Program-made: the position numbers and the translations under genes
Notes under the pieces: model-generated
What the model saw: the letters and a program-made list of their open reading frames with translations, nothing else
What the model was told of the DNA's origin: nothing
The model's database searches: none
Shown: piece by piece, positions 18,920 through 27,907 of the stretch
Position numbering within the stretch: the first letter of the stretch is position 1
Layout: each line of letters opens with the position of its first letter
NCBI GenBank assembly: GCA_964645775.1
Contig: CAZYBU010000004.1
Location: 17,805 to 81,804 of the forward strand
Source of the DNA: an uncultured Leptospirales bacterium
GTDB taxonomy: Bacteria; Spirochaetota; UBA4802; UBA5550
Reading direction: 5' to 3'
DNA length: 64,000 nucleotides

Positions 18920-19411
18920 TCATGACTCCTGTTTTCGCTTCTTAGCCGGTTCAACTACGACCGGGACACCCTTTAATCGAGCGTCTTCAAAGGAATGGTA
19001 CACGATTTCCGCATAGGATTCCGGAACCTCAAAAAAGGAATAGGTCTGATGAATATCGATCTTGCCTATCTGCTTACCGTCTACTCCGGAACGCCTGACG
19101 ATCTCCCTGATAAGATCACCGGTGGAGATTCTATGGTTCTTGCCTATGTTAATGAAAAGTCGGGCCCGGCCATCTTTAACATCTTCAAAAACGATTTTAC
19201 CGGATGCTTCTCCCCCAAACATATCTTTACGATTCATGTCAAGGTGGGCAATACTACCCAGGTATTCATAGAGCAGGGCTGCAGCAAGGCGCTTTGTTCC
19301 CCCCAGGAGGGGAAGTTTTTTCTTAAGAACTTTTAACAGTTCCAGCTGATCGGTCAGGTCCTCGTTCATGGCAATGTCTAGGATTCGGTCAATTTTCTTT
19401 TGAACATTCAT
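18920..19411 (-). CDS. Stand-alone DbpA-type RNA-binding domain protein
   Basis: RLFINIGK...IGKIDIHQTYSFFEVP...VVVEPA. ATG 19411 with GAGGA RBS. Confidence 0.85.
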   Translation of the reverse strand: MNVQKKIDRILDIAMNEDLTDQLELLKVLKKKLPLLGGTKRLAAALLYEYLGSIAHLDMNRKDMFGGEASGKIVFEDVKDGRARLFINIGKNHRISTGDLIREIVRRSGVDGKQIGKIDIHQTYSFFEVPESYAEIVYHSFEDARLKGVPVVVEPAKKRKQES

Positions 19412-19464
19412 GGAGATCCTCACTTGAAGGTTATCCGTACGGATAATGAAATCAGAAGTGATCA

Positions 19465-19492
19465 ATTATAGTAGAAAATATGGGGATATCAA
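19465..19492 (-). promoter_or_regulatory. Sigma70-type promoter
   Basis: Minus strand TTGATA, 16 bp, TATAAT upstream of the DbpA-domain gene. Confidence 0.55.
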
Positions 19493-19501
19493 GAAATTTT
19501 C

Positions 19502-20161
19502 TCAACTATCTTCCCTGCAGCGGTATCCGACGTTCCTGACAGTCTCAATGATTGAGTTAAATTCATCTCCCAGTTTGGCTCTCAGTCTGCGTATATGGAC
19601 ATCCACGGTTCGCGTACCTCCAATATATTCCATTCCCCAGATCCTGTTAAGCAGTTCCTTTCTCGAGAAAACGGTCCCCCGGTTCTGGGCAAAGAGACGC
19701 ATTAGTTCAAATTCCTTGTAGGTCAGCTCAAGTTTCTCCTGGTTCATATAGACCGCGTACTCAGCCGTGTTTATTTTCAGATTTCCCAGTGTCAGGGTAT
19801 CTTCATCACCCGCCACCCAGAGTACCCTTTCAATCCTACTAAGCAATTCACCTTTCCGGAAGGGATAAAGTATATAATCATTGATAAACCAGTCAGGCCG
19901 TATCTCATCGAGGAGATTAATTCTGAGTATCAATATCACAGGAACATCATGAACCTTTTTACGGATCTTTGACAGAATAAACTGCCCATCTTCCATGCTT
20001 TCAAAAAACTGAGCGTCCACCAGGAGCAAACGATATTCATCATTACGGATTGGATCTATACTCTTGTAAGTATGGAGGGAATAATCTTGCAAAAAGGAGG
20101 CGATATCATTTATGATCTCATGGTCTCGCGTAAGTATTCCAGCCGATTTCATAGAAAGCAT
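19502..20161 (-). CDS. OmpR/GlnR-like winged-helix regulator with atypical receiver
   Basis: LTYKEFELM, RTVDVHIRRLRAKLG, IETVRNVGY. Receiver lacks the conserved Lys (YILYP). Confidence 0.9.
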   Translation of the reverse strand: MLSMKSAGILTRDHEIINDIASFLQDYSLHTYKSIDPIRNDEYRLLLVDAQFFESMEDGQFILSKIRKKVHDVPVILILRINLLDEIRPDWFINDYILYPFRKGELLSRIERVLWVAGDEDTLTLGNLKINTAEYAVYMNQEKLELTYKEFELMRLFAQNRGTVFSRKELLNRIWGMEYIGGTRTVDVHIRRLRAKLGDEFNSIIETVRNVGYRCREDS

Positions 20162-20259
20162 CCAGTATCCGATAGAAATATGGGAATTCGGATTATTTGA
20201 AACAATATATTTAAAGTACCATGTCTATAAAGCCTCTGAAACTGATGATCAACACTTTT

Positions 20260-22227
20260 TTATTCCGGCCTTGCCATTTCCCTGTATCGTTCACGTAGAC
20301 ATGAGATGTTTTTTAGCAGGGGACTCTCCGGTATAGATTTCATGAAATGTGTACCGTAGCGTCTATTGACGATCCTGTTGTCCATAATGGCAACGATTCC
20401 TCTATCACTTTTACCCCTGATTAACCGACCAAATCCCTGCTTCAATCGAATCACAGCCTGGGGCATTGCATAACTCAGGAATGGGTTCAATCCCATCTTC
20501 TCGAGTCTCTCCATTCTTGCCTGATGTACAGGATTATCCGGCACTTCAAAGGGAAACCTCATTATAATGACACCCCTGAGCTGATCACCCGGGAGATCGA
20601 TACCCTGCCACATGGCATGGGTTCCCAGAAGCAACCCTCCACTGAGGGATCGGAAGCGTTCTATGGCACCAGATGCCTCCATTTCACCCTGGGCAACGAC
20701 CGGCCTTTCGGTTCTCTCTTTCAATGCGTCGGCAAAGGCCTTGAGGGAGATGTGGGATGTAAAGAGCAGAAGACAGTTTCCGTCCAGGATCTCAACTATT
20801 CCGGAAATCTCTTGAAGTGAACGTTCCATATATTCATCTTCATCAGGATCAGGCATGTTTTCCGGTATATAGAGCAGGGTCTGTTCCTGGTAATTGAAAG
20901 GTGATGGAACAGAGAGGATATCATGATTTTCGATACCGAGTCTTCGTTCAATAAAAGTAAAACGATTGCTTACGGAGAGTGTGGCCGAAACAAAGAGTAC
21001 AGAGGAATGATCATCCATGACCTCCCGTTTCATCAGTCCGGAGACGTCAACTGGCTGGGCGTGGCACGCTATCCCGGCGAATAGATCGCTACCTGTTCTC
21101 TCTACCCAGTAGACATACCCTTCCATCTCCTGACGAATAAACCTTCTCAATCCGGTGAACCATTGGTAGAGGCCGTTACTAACCCTCTCCAGTATTATAT
21201 TCATCGACTCATGGCTGTCATAATCATTTAGCCTGCTATTGACGGCATCCAGAAGTCTTTTCAGGACACCGATAATGTCCTCTTCCGGATTAAGTGGTGA
21301 ACGGAGAGTCAGGCTGCTGCTTCCCGATGGAATCATGGAACCCAGGTTCTCGAAAAAGCGATGAGATGATTTCCAGACCTCCCTGCTCAACTGTTCAATT
21401 TCCTCCTTCTCCTTACTCGGAAAGAGAAGAGCGACCTGGAATCTGGTCGAACTCCCTTCAATAACGTGCAGTATCTCCCGCAGTTCTATCGCTTCCAGAT
21501 GCAAACCCAGCTGACGGGAGCATATATCCTCCAAAGAATGGGCCTCGTCGAAGATCATAACGTCGATGTGAGGCAGGATACGCCGGATCCCCGCATACCC
21601 GGAAAAATAGAGGTAATGATTCATGACCAGGAGGTCCGCGTCGAACCAGCGCTTCCTTGCCAGCTGGAAACTACAGCCTCCAAACCAGGGACAGCGATTA
21701 CCCTGGCACATATCATACTGGCGATTGATCCGGTTCCATGAGGTTTCACTCACATCAAGATCAAAGCGGGTAATGACATTTTTCTGCTGGAAGGCCTTTT
21801 CAAGCATATCCATTATTTCCCGGTTTTCTCTTCCAGACTTCATGAGAAGTTCCCACCTGAGACGGCAGGGATAATTGTTTCCTCCCAGGCAGAGTTCCCA
21901 CTTCAGATCCCGGTCCATGGAGTCCTGTAAGATTCGGACCGCCAGTGGAATATCTCCATCGATAAGCTGTCGCTGAAGAGCCCGGGTTTCTGTACTGACA
22001 GCAACACGTTTTTTTTCATATAATGAATATCCGGCAAGGGGAATGACATAGGATAAACTCTTACCCGTACCGGTTCCCGCCTCCATGATTCCATTCTTTT
22101 TCGTGAAACAGACCTCTTCAACGAATTCAGCCATCTGGATCTGCTCTTCTCTGCTTTCATAGCCATCGAAATACTTCTGAAGAAGACCCTCTCCACGGAA
22201 AACTGATTGCATGGTTGGTGGGAACAT
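20260..22227 (-). CDS. dinG: DinG/YoaA family ATP-dependent DNA helicase
   Basis: EAGTGTGKS, Fe-S cysteines, FDEAH, SATL, WQGID, KQGFGRLIR. Confidence 0.92.
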   Translation of the reverse strand: MFPPTMQSVFRGEGLLQKYFDGYESREEQIQMAEFVEEVCFTKKNGIMEAGTGTGKSLSYVIPLAGYSLYEKKRVAVSTETRALQRQLIDGDIPLAVRILQDSMDRDLKWELCLGGNNYPCRLRWELLMKSGRENREIMDMLEKAFQQKNVITRFDLDVSETSWNRINRQYDMCQGNRCPWFGGCSFQLARKRWFDADLLVMNHYLYFSGYAGIRRILPHIDVMIFDEAHSLEDICSRQLGLHLEAIELREILHVIEGSSTRFQVALLFPSKEKEEIEQLSREVWKSSHRFFENLGSMIPSGSSSLTLRSPLNPEEDIIGVLKRLLDAVNSRLNDYDSHESMNIILERVSNGLYQWFTGLRRFIRQEMEGYVYWVERTGSDLFAGIACHAQPVDVSGLMKREVMDDHSSVLFVSATLSVSNRFTFIERRLGIENHDILSVPSPFNYQEQTLLYIPENMPDPDEDEYMERSLQEISGIVEILDGNCLLLFTSHISLKAFADALKERTERPVVAQGEMEASGAIERFRSLSGGLLLGTHAMWQGIDLPGDQLRGVIIMRFPFEVPDNPVHQARMERLEKMGLNPFLSYAMPQAVIRLKQGFGRLIRGKSDRGIVAIMDNRIVNRRYGTHFMKSIPESPLLKNISCLRERYREMARPE

Positions 22228-22283
22228 GATAGAAATTATTCCTTAAAGAACAGTATCCAAAAAATCTCGGGAGTCATTCTTTC

Positions 22284-22679
22284 ATGCAGACCCTAACAGT
22301 GCAATCAAGATCAAAAGATGAACTCATAGATATTACTTCCCGTGTCCAGGACGCTGTCAGGGAAGAAGGCATCGATACAGGCATATGTCTTGTCTACACT
22401 CCCCATACCACGGCGGGAATAACCGTTAATGAAAACGCAGATCCGGATGTCAAAGACGACATCATTCTCGGACTCAGCCATCTTGATCTTGAAAAGGTCC
22501 CCTTCCGTCATGCTGAGGGAAACTCACCGGCGCACTGCAAATCATCCCTGGTCGGATGCTCCGAAACCTTTATAGTCGAAGGAGGAAGTCTGATGCTGGG
22601 AACCTGGCAGGGGATCTACTTCTGCGAGTTTGATGGTCCCAGACGCAGAAAGGTTCATGTGAGAACCCTTCAGGCCTGA
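22284..22679 (+). CDS. yjbQ: YjbQ/UPF0047 family protein
   Basis: HTTAGITVNENADPDV, HAEGNSPAH, LGTWQGIYFCEFDGPR. Confidence 0.93.
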   Translation: MQTLTVQSRSKDELIDITSRVQDAVREEGIDTGICLVYTPHTTAGITVNENADPDVKDDIILGLSHLDLEKVPFRHAEGNSPAHCKSSLVGCSETFIVEGGSLMLGTWQGIYFCEFDGPRRRKVHVRTLQA

Positions 22680-25567
22680 TCATTATCTCGTAAACTGAAG
22701 ACTGCTCCTTCGACGTTACCTTCTTCATCGAAGATCGGATTTCCCTGAATAATCAGGTTCACTACGGTTCCATCAGGCCGTTTGACCGCGTGAACAAAAT
22801 TATCAACAGCTTTTCTGGTATCTGCAATCTGCCTGAAGGGAAGCTTATTGTCATCCAGGGGCTGGCCATCGGTGTCCATAATCTGAAACCGGCTCGAATT
22901 GTAATCCAGTGTAATCAGTTCTTTTTCTGACATTCCCAGAATCTTTTCAGCCTCATGGTTTACCATTACGATTTTACCTTCATTGTCCACCATGGTTATG
23001 GCAATGGGAGCAGATTTCAATACCCTCATGAGAAGGTCCTGTTCCCTTTTCAGGGCACTCTCCATTTTTTTACGTCCTGTTATATCCACAAAGGAGAGCA
23101 CAATACCGGAGATCTGGTCCCCTGCTGCTCGATATGGCTGAATTTTCATCAGGAGCCACTGATCATTTACAGTCTGGACTTCGGTCTCCCTGGGATTAAG
23201 AGTTCGTATCACCTCGTTGATGTCATCAATAAAGGTGTCATATTTCAGGTTATGGGAAAAATTACTGATAGATCTACCAATATCTGATTTAATTATGTTT
23301 ATCTGGTTTGTTGACTGAGGGGTAAACTTCCTTATTGTCAGGTCCTTATCCAGGAAGATGGTACCGATATCCGTGCTGTTCAACAGGTTGTTCATATCAT
23401 CGTTCAATTCAGTCAGTTCTTCAATTTTCTTCTGGTACTCTGAATTGACGGTGATGAGCTCCTCATTTACAGACTGTAGTTCCTCGTTTGTACTCTGGAG
23501 CTCTTCGTTAGATGATATGAGCTCTTCATTCGTGGCCTGAAGTTCCTCGTTTGATGTCTCAAGCTCTTCAATTGTTGAGCGAAGGTTATCTCTGGTGTAC
23601 TGTAGTTCCCTTTCCAATTCATCGATATGGTCCTTTACGCTTTCATCCATATTGAAAGATTGAGCTGCAACTTCATCTGTAATATTATCTTCAACGGTCT
23701 GGAAAGTTATGACAAAATACCGGGTACCCTTAAGACCCTGGAAAACCCGGATACTCATATTTATCATCCGGTTTCCTTTGCTCCCCTGGAAAATGATGTC
23801 CCTGTAATGGACGTCCCGGTTTTCCTCCTGGACGGTTTTCAGTCCCTGGCTCATGGGTACCGTAAGATTAGAATTCGCCATCTTAAGTATATCCAGGTTC
23901 ATCTTCCCGAAAGGAAGCTGCAGGTATTCATTCACGTCACCGAAGATGTGAATCACCTGTCTCTCCTCGTTTACCAGTACGGAAGGAGGGATAAACTGTT
24001 CCAGAAGCCGTTCATAGAGACTTAGGTCACGTTTACCCATCTGACTCTGTTCAATATACTGTCCTTTCTGAACATTTCTTCCCACGATTGGAGCGGTATT
24101 CCTGGATGCGGGTATCTCCTGGTAATCGAGGTTGATATCCTTTGGCTTGACGCTACCAATATATGAATAGATTTTCCATTTGGAATCGTAGATGGAAAAA
24201 TAATTACTGAACTCGCCCACGGTTTCGCTACTGCCGAGAAACAGGAAAGCGACAGGATTGAGAGAAAATTGAAAATTAGTAAGGACCTTCTTCTGGAGAA
24301 CATTTTGAAAATAGATCAGCATGTTCCGGCAGCTGATCAAATCTATCTTGCCGAAGGGAGGGTCCTTGAAAACATTATGGTAGGCGAAGATGACCTTCTC
24401 CCTTATCTTTGGGATAATCTGATAGCTGTCACCCTTCTTGTAAAAGAATTTGTTCAGCCTTTCAATATTCGCGTCAGCGGCAATACTCTCCGGATAGATC
24501 CCGTAAGAAGCGATCTCCAGAGCGTCCCTGTCAATGTCCGTGGCAAAAACCTTAACGTCGTTATTCAGTTCATTCTCTTCCAGAAACTCAAGAATCATGA
24601 TTGCCAGACTGTAGGCCTCCTCTCCGGTTGAACACCCCGCGACCCACACCCGTATCTGATCAAAGGGACTCTTGCTGTTTGCAATCTCCGGAAGCACCTT
24701 TTCCTTGATTATCTCGTAGGCTTCCGGGTCGCGGAAGAAACTGGTCACGCCGATCAAAATTTCCTTGTACAGGATCTGGATCTCATTAGGCGATTCTTCC
24801 AGGTAACGGACATAATCGGAAAGCTTTTCAAACTGGTTGATTCCCATTCGTCGTTCAATTCGTCGGATGACAGTGTTTTCCTTGTAGAAGGAGAGATCAA
24901 TACCTGTCTTTTTCTTAATGAGAGCCAGAGTCTTGGAAAGGCTGTTTCTCTCCGCAGAAATCGCGTGCTGCTGTGTCGTTGAAATAGAAAGCTTCCCTGT
25001 TGTGTAATTCTCCAGCTCCCCTGACATCTGATCGGGAGACAGAATATAATCGACAATTCCGGTCAGGATGGCGCTTCTGGGCATACCATCGAATTTAGCC
25101 GTCTCTTCGTCCTGGACCATTACCATTCCGCCGGCTTCCTTTATCGCGCGTACACCCCGGGTACCATCACTTCCGGTCCCTGAAAGTATGATCCCGATGG
25201 CATGCTCCCCCTGCTCCTCGGCCAGGGAACGAAAGAAAATATCTATGGGCAGGTTGAGTCCATGTTCCCGTTCATGAAGGAAGAGCTTTCCATGAAACAG
25301 GGTCATGTTCTTTTTCCTGGGGATCAGATAAATACTCCCCGCTTCCACCTCCATCCCGTCCTCTGCGCCGAAAATTTTCATTTCCGTATGCCTGTTCAGG
25401 AGTTCACCCATAAGACTTTTATAATCAGGAGAGAGATGCTGAACCACTACAAAAGCCATGTTACGGCTCTGTTTCATGTTATCAAAGAAGTCCTCAAGAG
25501 CCTCAAGTCCACCGGCTGAGGCGCCTACTCCGACTATATAAAAAGGATATGTATGTTCGTCGCTCAT
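22670..25567 (-). CDS. CheB-CheR fusion with coiled coil and PAS domains
   Basis: GASAGG, VQHL, GTGSDG (CheB); VTSFFRD, WVAGCSTGEEAYS, ISCRN (CheR); NEELQ heptads; C-terminal PAS domains. Confidence 0.94.
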   Translation of the reverse strand: MSDEHTYPFYIVGVGASAGGLEALEDFFDNMKQSRNMAFVVVQHLSPDYKSLMGELLNRHTEMKIFGAEDGMEVEAGSIYLIPRKKNMTLFHGKLFLHEREHGLNLPIDIFFRSLAEEQGEHAIGIILSGTGSDGTRGVRAIKEAGGMVMVQDEETAKFDGMPRSAILTGIVDYILSPDQMSGELENYTTGKLSISTTQQHAISAERNSLSKTLALIKKKTGIDLSFYKENTVIRRIERRMGINQFEKLSDYVRYLEESPNEIQILYKEILIGVTSFFRDPEAYEIIKEKVLPEIANSKSPFDQIRVWVAGCSTGEEAYSLAIMILEFLEENELNNDVKVFATDIDRDALEIASYGIYPESIAADANIERLNKFFYKKGDSYQIIPKIREKVIFAYHNVFKDPPFGKIDLISCRNMLIYFQNVLQKKVLTNFQFSLNPVAFLFLGSSETVGEFSNYFSIYDSKWKIYSYIGSVKPKDINLDYQEIPASRNTAPIVGRNVQKGQYIEQSQMGKRDLSLYERLLEQFIPPSVLVNEERQVIHIFGDVNEYLQLPFGKMNLDILKMANSNLTVPMSQGLKTVQEENRDVHYRDIIFQGSKGNRMINMSIRVFQGLKGTRYFVITFQTVEDNITDEVAAQSFNMDESVKDHIDELERELQYTRDNLRSTIEELETSNEELQATNEELISSNEELQSTNEELQSVNEELITVNSEYQKKIEELTELNDDMNNLLNSTDIGTIFLDKDLTIRKFTPQSTNQINIIKSDIGRSISNFSHNLKYDTFIDDINEVIRTLNPRETEVQTVNDQWLLMKIQPYRAAGDQISGIVLSFVDITGRKKMESALKREQDLLMRVLKSAPIAITMVDNEGKIVMVNHEAEKILGMSEKELITLDYNSSRFQIMDTDGQPLDDNKLPFRQIADTRKAVDNFVHAVKRPDGTVVNLIIQGNPIFDEEGNVEGAVFSLRDNDQA

Positions 25568-25594
25568 CGCTATCGTCCTTGTTCAGGGCTTCAT

Positions 25595-26130
25595 TTACGC
25601 ATTCTGCGTCTCGCAGAGAATACTGAAATGAATAGAAGAACCTCTTATTTCGTTATTCTCTATCCAGAGCCATCCTCCCAGGAGTTCTACCAGACGGCTT
25701 GCCAGAGTGAGACCGAGTCCCAGACCCCCGTACTTTCTTGTCAACCCCTCATCTCCCTGTGATAAGGGCTGAATCATCCTGTCCCGTTCCTTTTGATCGA
25801 AACCGATTCCGGTATCACTGATGATAAAATGGAGCTCTTCCTGTCCATAAATAATTTTTGTCCTTTCCAGGGATATTCGTATCTCCCGTCCTCAGTGAAC
25901 TTTATGACGTTCGAAATGAACTTCATTAATATCGACTCAACCTTATCGGCATCACAAAGGAGAGCGGGGGTATCCTGTCATCAATGGAAATCGACATTTC
26001 AACTCCCTTGTCATCTGCGGCTTCTTTAAAGATAGAGACCATGTTTCGGGTCATCTCTGCAAGAGATACCGGACTTCTTTTCACGGGAGTCTGATTCAAC
26101 ATCAGGTCCGTGGTATCGAGAATATATACT
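25595..26130 (-). pseudogene. Histidine kinase remnant (HATPase) with two frameshifts and no H-box
   Basis: Joined reading: ILDTTDLM...KGVEMSISIDDRIP / ALLCDADKVESILMKFISNVIKFTEDG / EIRISL...IISDTGIGF...TRKYGGLGLGL. Shifts at about 25966-25970 and 25885-25887; in-frame TGA near 26130. Confidence 0.8.
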
Positions 26131-26181
26131 CATTCACCATCAATTACCGCTAAATGATAGTACGCAATGATCGCAGATGCG

Positions 26182-27888
26182 TCAAGACTTATGATTTGTA
26201 TCCATTTCATTTTTTTTGAACAAATCTTTCTGGGCCTTTCGCCCCCTTTCGCTCTTTTCAACATACAAGGAATTCCCCTGCAGGTCCCTGCCGGTCAGAT
26301 ACATCATGGTAGAATGGGTTGAAGGTGAAGGGGTAAATACCTGTATGGAACGTGGCTGGATACCGAGCATTTTACGGCAATAATGTTTCAATTCTTTCAT
26401 CTCTTTCAGTGTTGTGCCAGGATGGGCGGCTATAAAGTAATAGGTCAAAAACACCTTTTTACCCGTTTCTTCTTTAATGCTTTCAAAAAGTTCAATAAAA
26501 TCCTCCATCTGTTTTATGGATGGCTTGTTCATGAGGGAAAGTATGGTATCCGATACATGTTCTGGCGCGAGACGAAGTTGGCCTGAAACGTGATGCAGAA
26601 CCAACTCCCGCAGGTACTCCTTTCCACGTTTCTTATCCTTTAATACAAGATCATGCCGTAAACCTGAACGGACAAAGACGTTTTTTATTCCGGGACGAGA
26701 CCTTACGGTTCTCATAAGATCTATGAGAGGACCATGATCAACCCGAAGGGTTTCACATGCTCTGACTCCCATACACCTGCTATCCCTGCAGGCGCCGGAA
26801 GAAATCATTTTCCCGCATTCCATCCCATACATGTTGGCCGTAGCACCCCCCAGGTCATCAATATTTCCCCTGAATTTCGGATGGCATGCTATTCTGTCCA
26901 CCTCATCCACTATGGAATCCACGCTTCGGGAGATGACCCTCCTCCCCTGATGGATGGCGATGGAGCAGAAAGAGCACTCGCCGTAGCATCCTCTGTGGGT
27001 TGTGACGGAAAAACGTACCGTCTCCAGGGCGCGAACCTTACCCATTTTCTCATAAAAAGGATGTACAATCCTTTCGAAATTAGAAGCGTAGTAATCGTCC
27101 AGTTCAGAGGAGTCAGGCCACTCGGGAGGAGGATTATGAACACAGAAACGGGTATCCTGCTTCTGGGCAAGACCGGTCGCTGTCACCGGGTCCTGGCCGG
27201 CGTAAAGTTCCCTGTGCATTCGAATAAATTCATCCATGGAACAGGCCGTCTCTTCCCAGGAAGGAAGAACCTGGTATCCTTCCGGAACCACATCGGAAAG
27301 GTAACAGATTCCCCGTATTCTCTTACCGTCTCTACCGGAGGCCAGGCACCGGGACAGCTCCAGGGTAGTTTTTTCTCCCATTCCGTAGATCAGGTAATCG
27401 GCCCGACTGTCAGTAAGGATCGATCTTCTGATGGAATCGGAATGATAATCGTAGTGAGAAAAACGTCTGAGGCTGGCCTCGATCCCTCCAATGACAACCG
27501 GTTTTCCGCTCCTGGAAAACCGGCGAATGGAATTACAGTATCTAATCACGCTCCTGTTGGGCCTCAGGCCGTTCATTCCCCCCGGCGTAAGATCGTCTTC
27601 CCTACGCGGTTTTCCCAGGGATGTATAATTGGAGATCATAGAATCGACGCTTCCGCCGGTTACGGCCCAGAAAAGTTCCGGTTCTCCCAGCCGCATAATA
27701 TGATCCCTGGACTCGGGATCTGGCTGGGCGATAATACCTGTTCGAAACCCCTTCCGCTCCAGGTAACGGGCCACCAGAACCATACCGTCCGTGGGCACGT
27801 CAATATAGGTATCTCCGCTTATAAAAATGATATCAAGGGAATCCCACCCCCGCTCCCTCATCTCCTCGGGCAGTGTGGGCAGCAGCAT
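26182..27888 (-). CDS. YgiQ/UPF0313 family radical SAM protein
   Basis: ISGDTYID, GGIEASLRR, HRGCYGECSFC (CxxxCxxC), LAPEH, YFIAAHPG. Confidence 0.93.
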   Translation of the reverse strand: MLLPTLPEEMRERGWDSLDIIFISGDTYIDVPTDGMVLVARYLERKGFRTGIIAQPDPESRDHIMRLGEPELFWAVTGGSVDSMISNYTSLGKPRREDDLTPGGMNGLRPNRSVIRYCNSIRRFSRSGKPVVIGGIEASLRRFSHYDYHSDSIRRSILTDSRADYLIYGMGEKTTLELSRCLASGRDGKRIRGICYLSDVVPEGYQVLPSWEETACSMDEFIRMHRELYAGQDPVTATGLAQKQDTRFCVHNPPPEWPDSSELDDYYASNFERIVHPFYEKMGKVRALETVRFSVTTHRGCYGECSFCSIAIHQGRRVISRSVDSIVDEVDRIACHPKFRGNIDDLGGATANMYGMECGKMISSGACRDSRCMGVRACETLRVDHGPLIDLMRTVRSRPGIKNVFVRSGLRHDLVLKDKKRGKEYLRELVLHHVSGQLRLAPEHVSDTILSLMNKPSIKQMEDFIELFESIKEETGKKVFLTYYFIAAHPGTTLKEMKELKHYCRKMLGIQPRSIQVFTPSPSTHSTMMYLTGRDLQGNSLYVEKSERGRKAQKDLFKKNEMDTNHKS

Positions 27889-27907
27889 GGAGGTATCCAG
27901 CTTCCAG

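Noticed and set aside
22095-22110. CGTGAAACA parS-like half site in dinG
   Set aside because: Only one arm matches; not palindromic.
23440-23580. 21-bp periodic repeats
   Set aside because: They encode the standard NEELQ(S/A)T heptads of CheB-CheR fusions; well known.
25793-26029. 78-aa plus-strand ORF
   Set aside because: Antisense shadow of the histidine kinase pseudogene.
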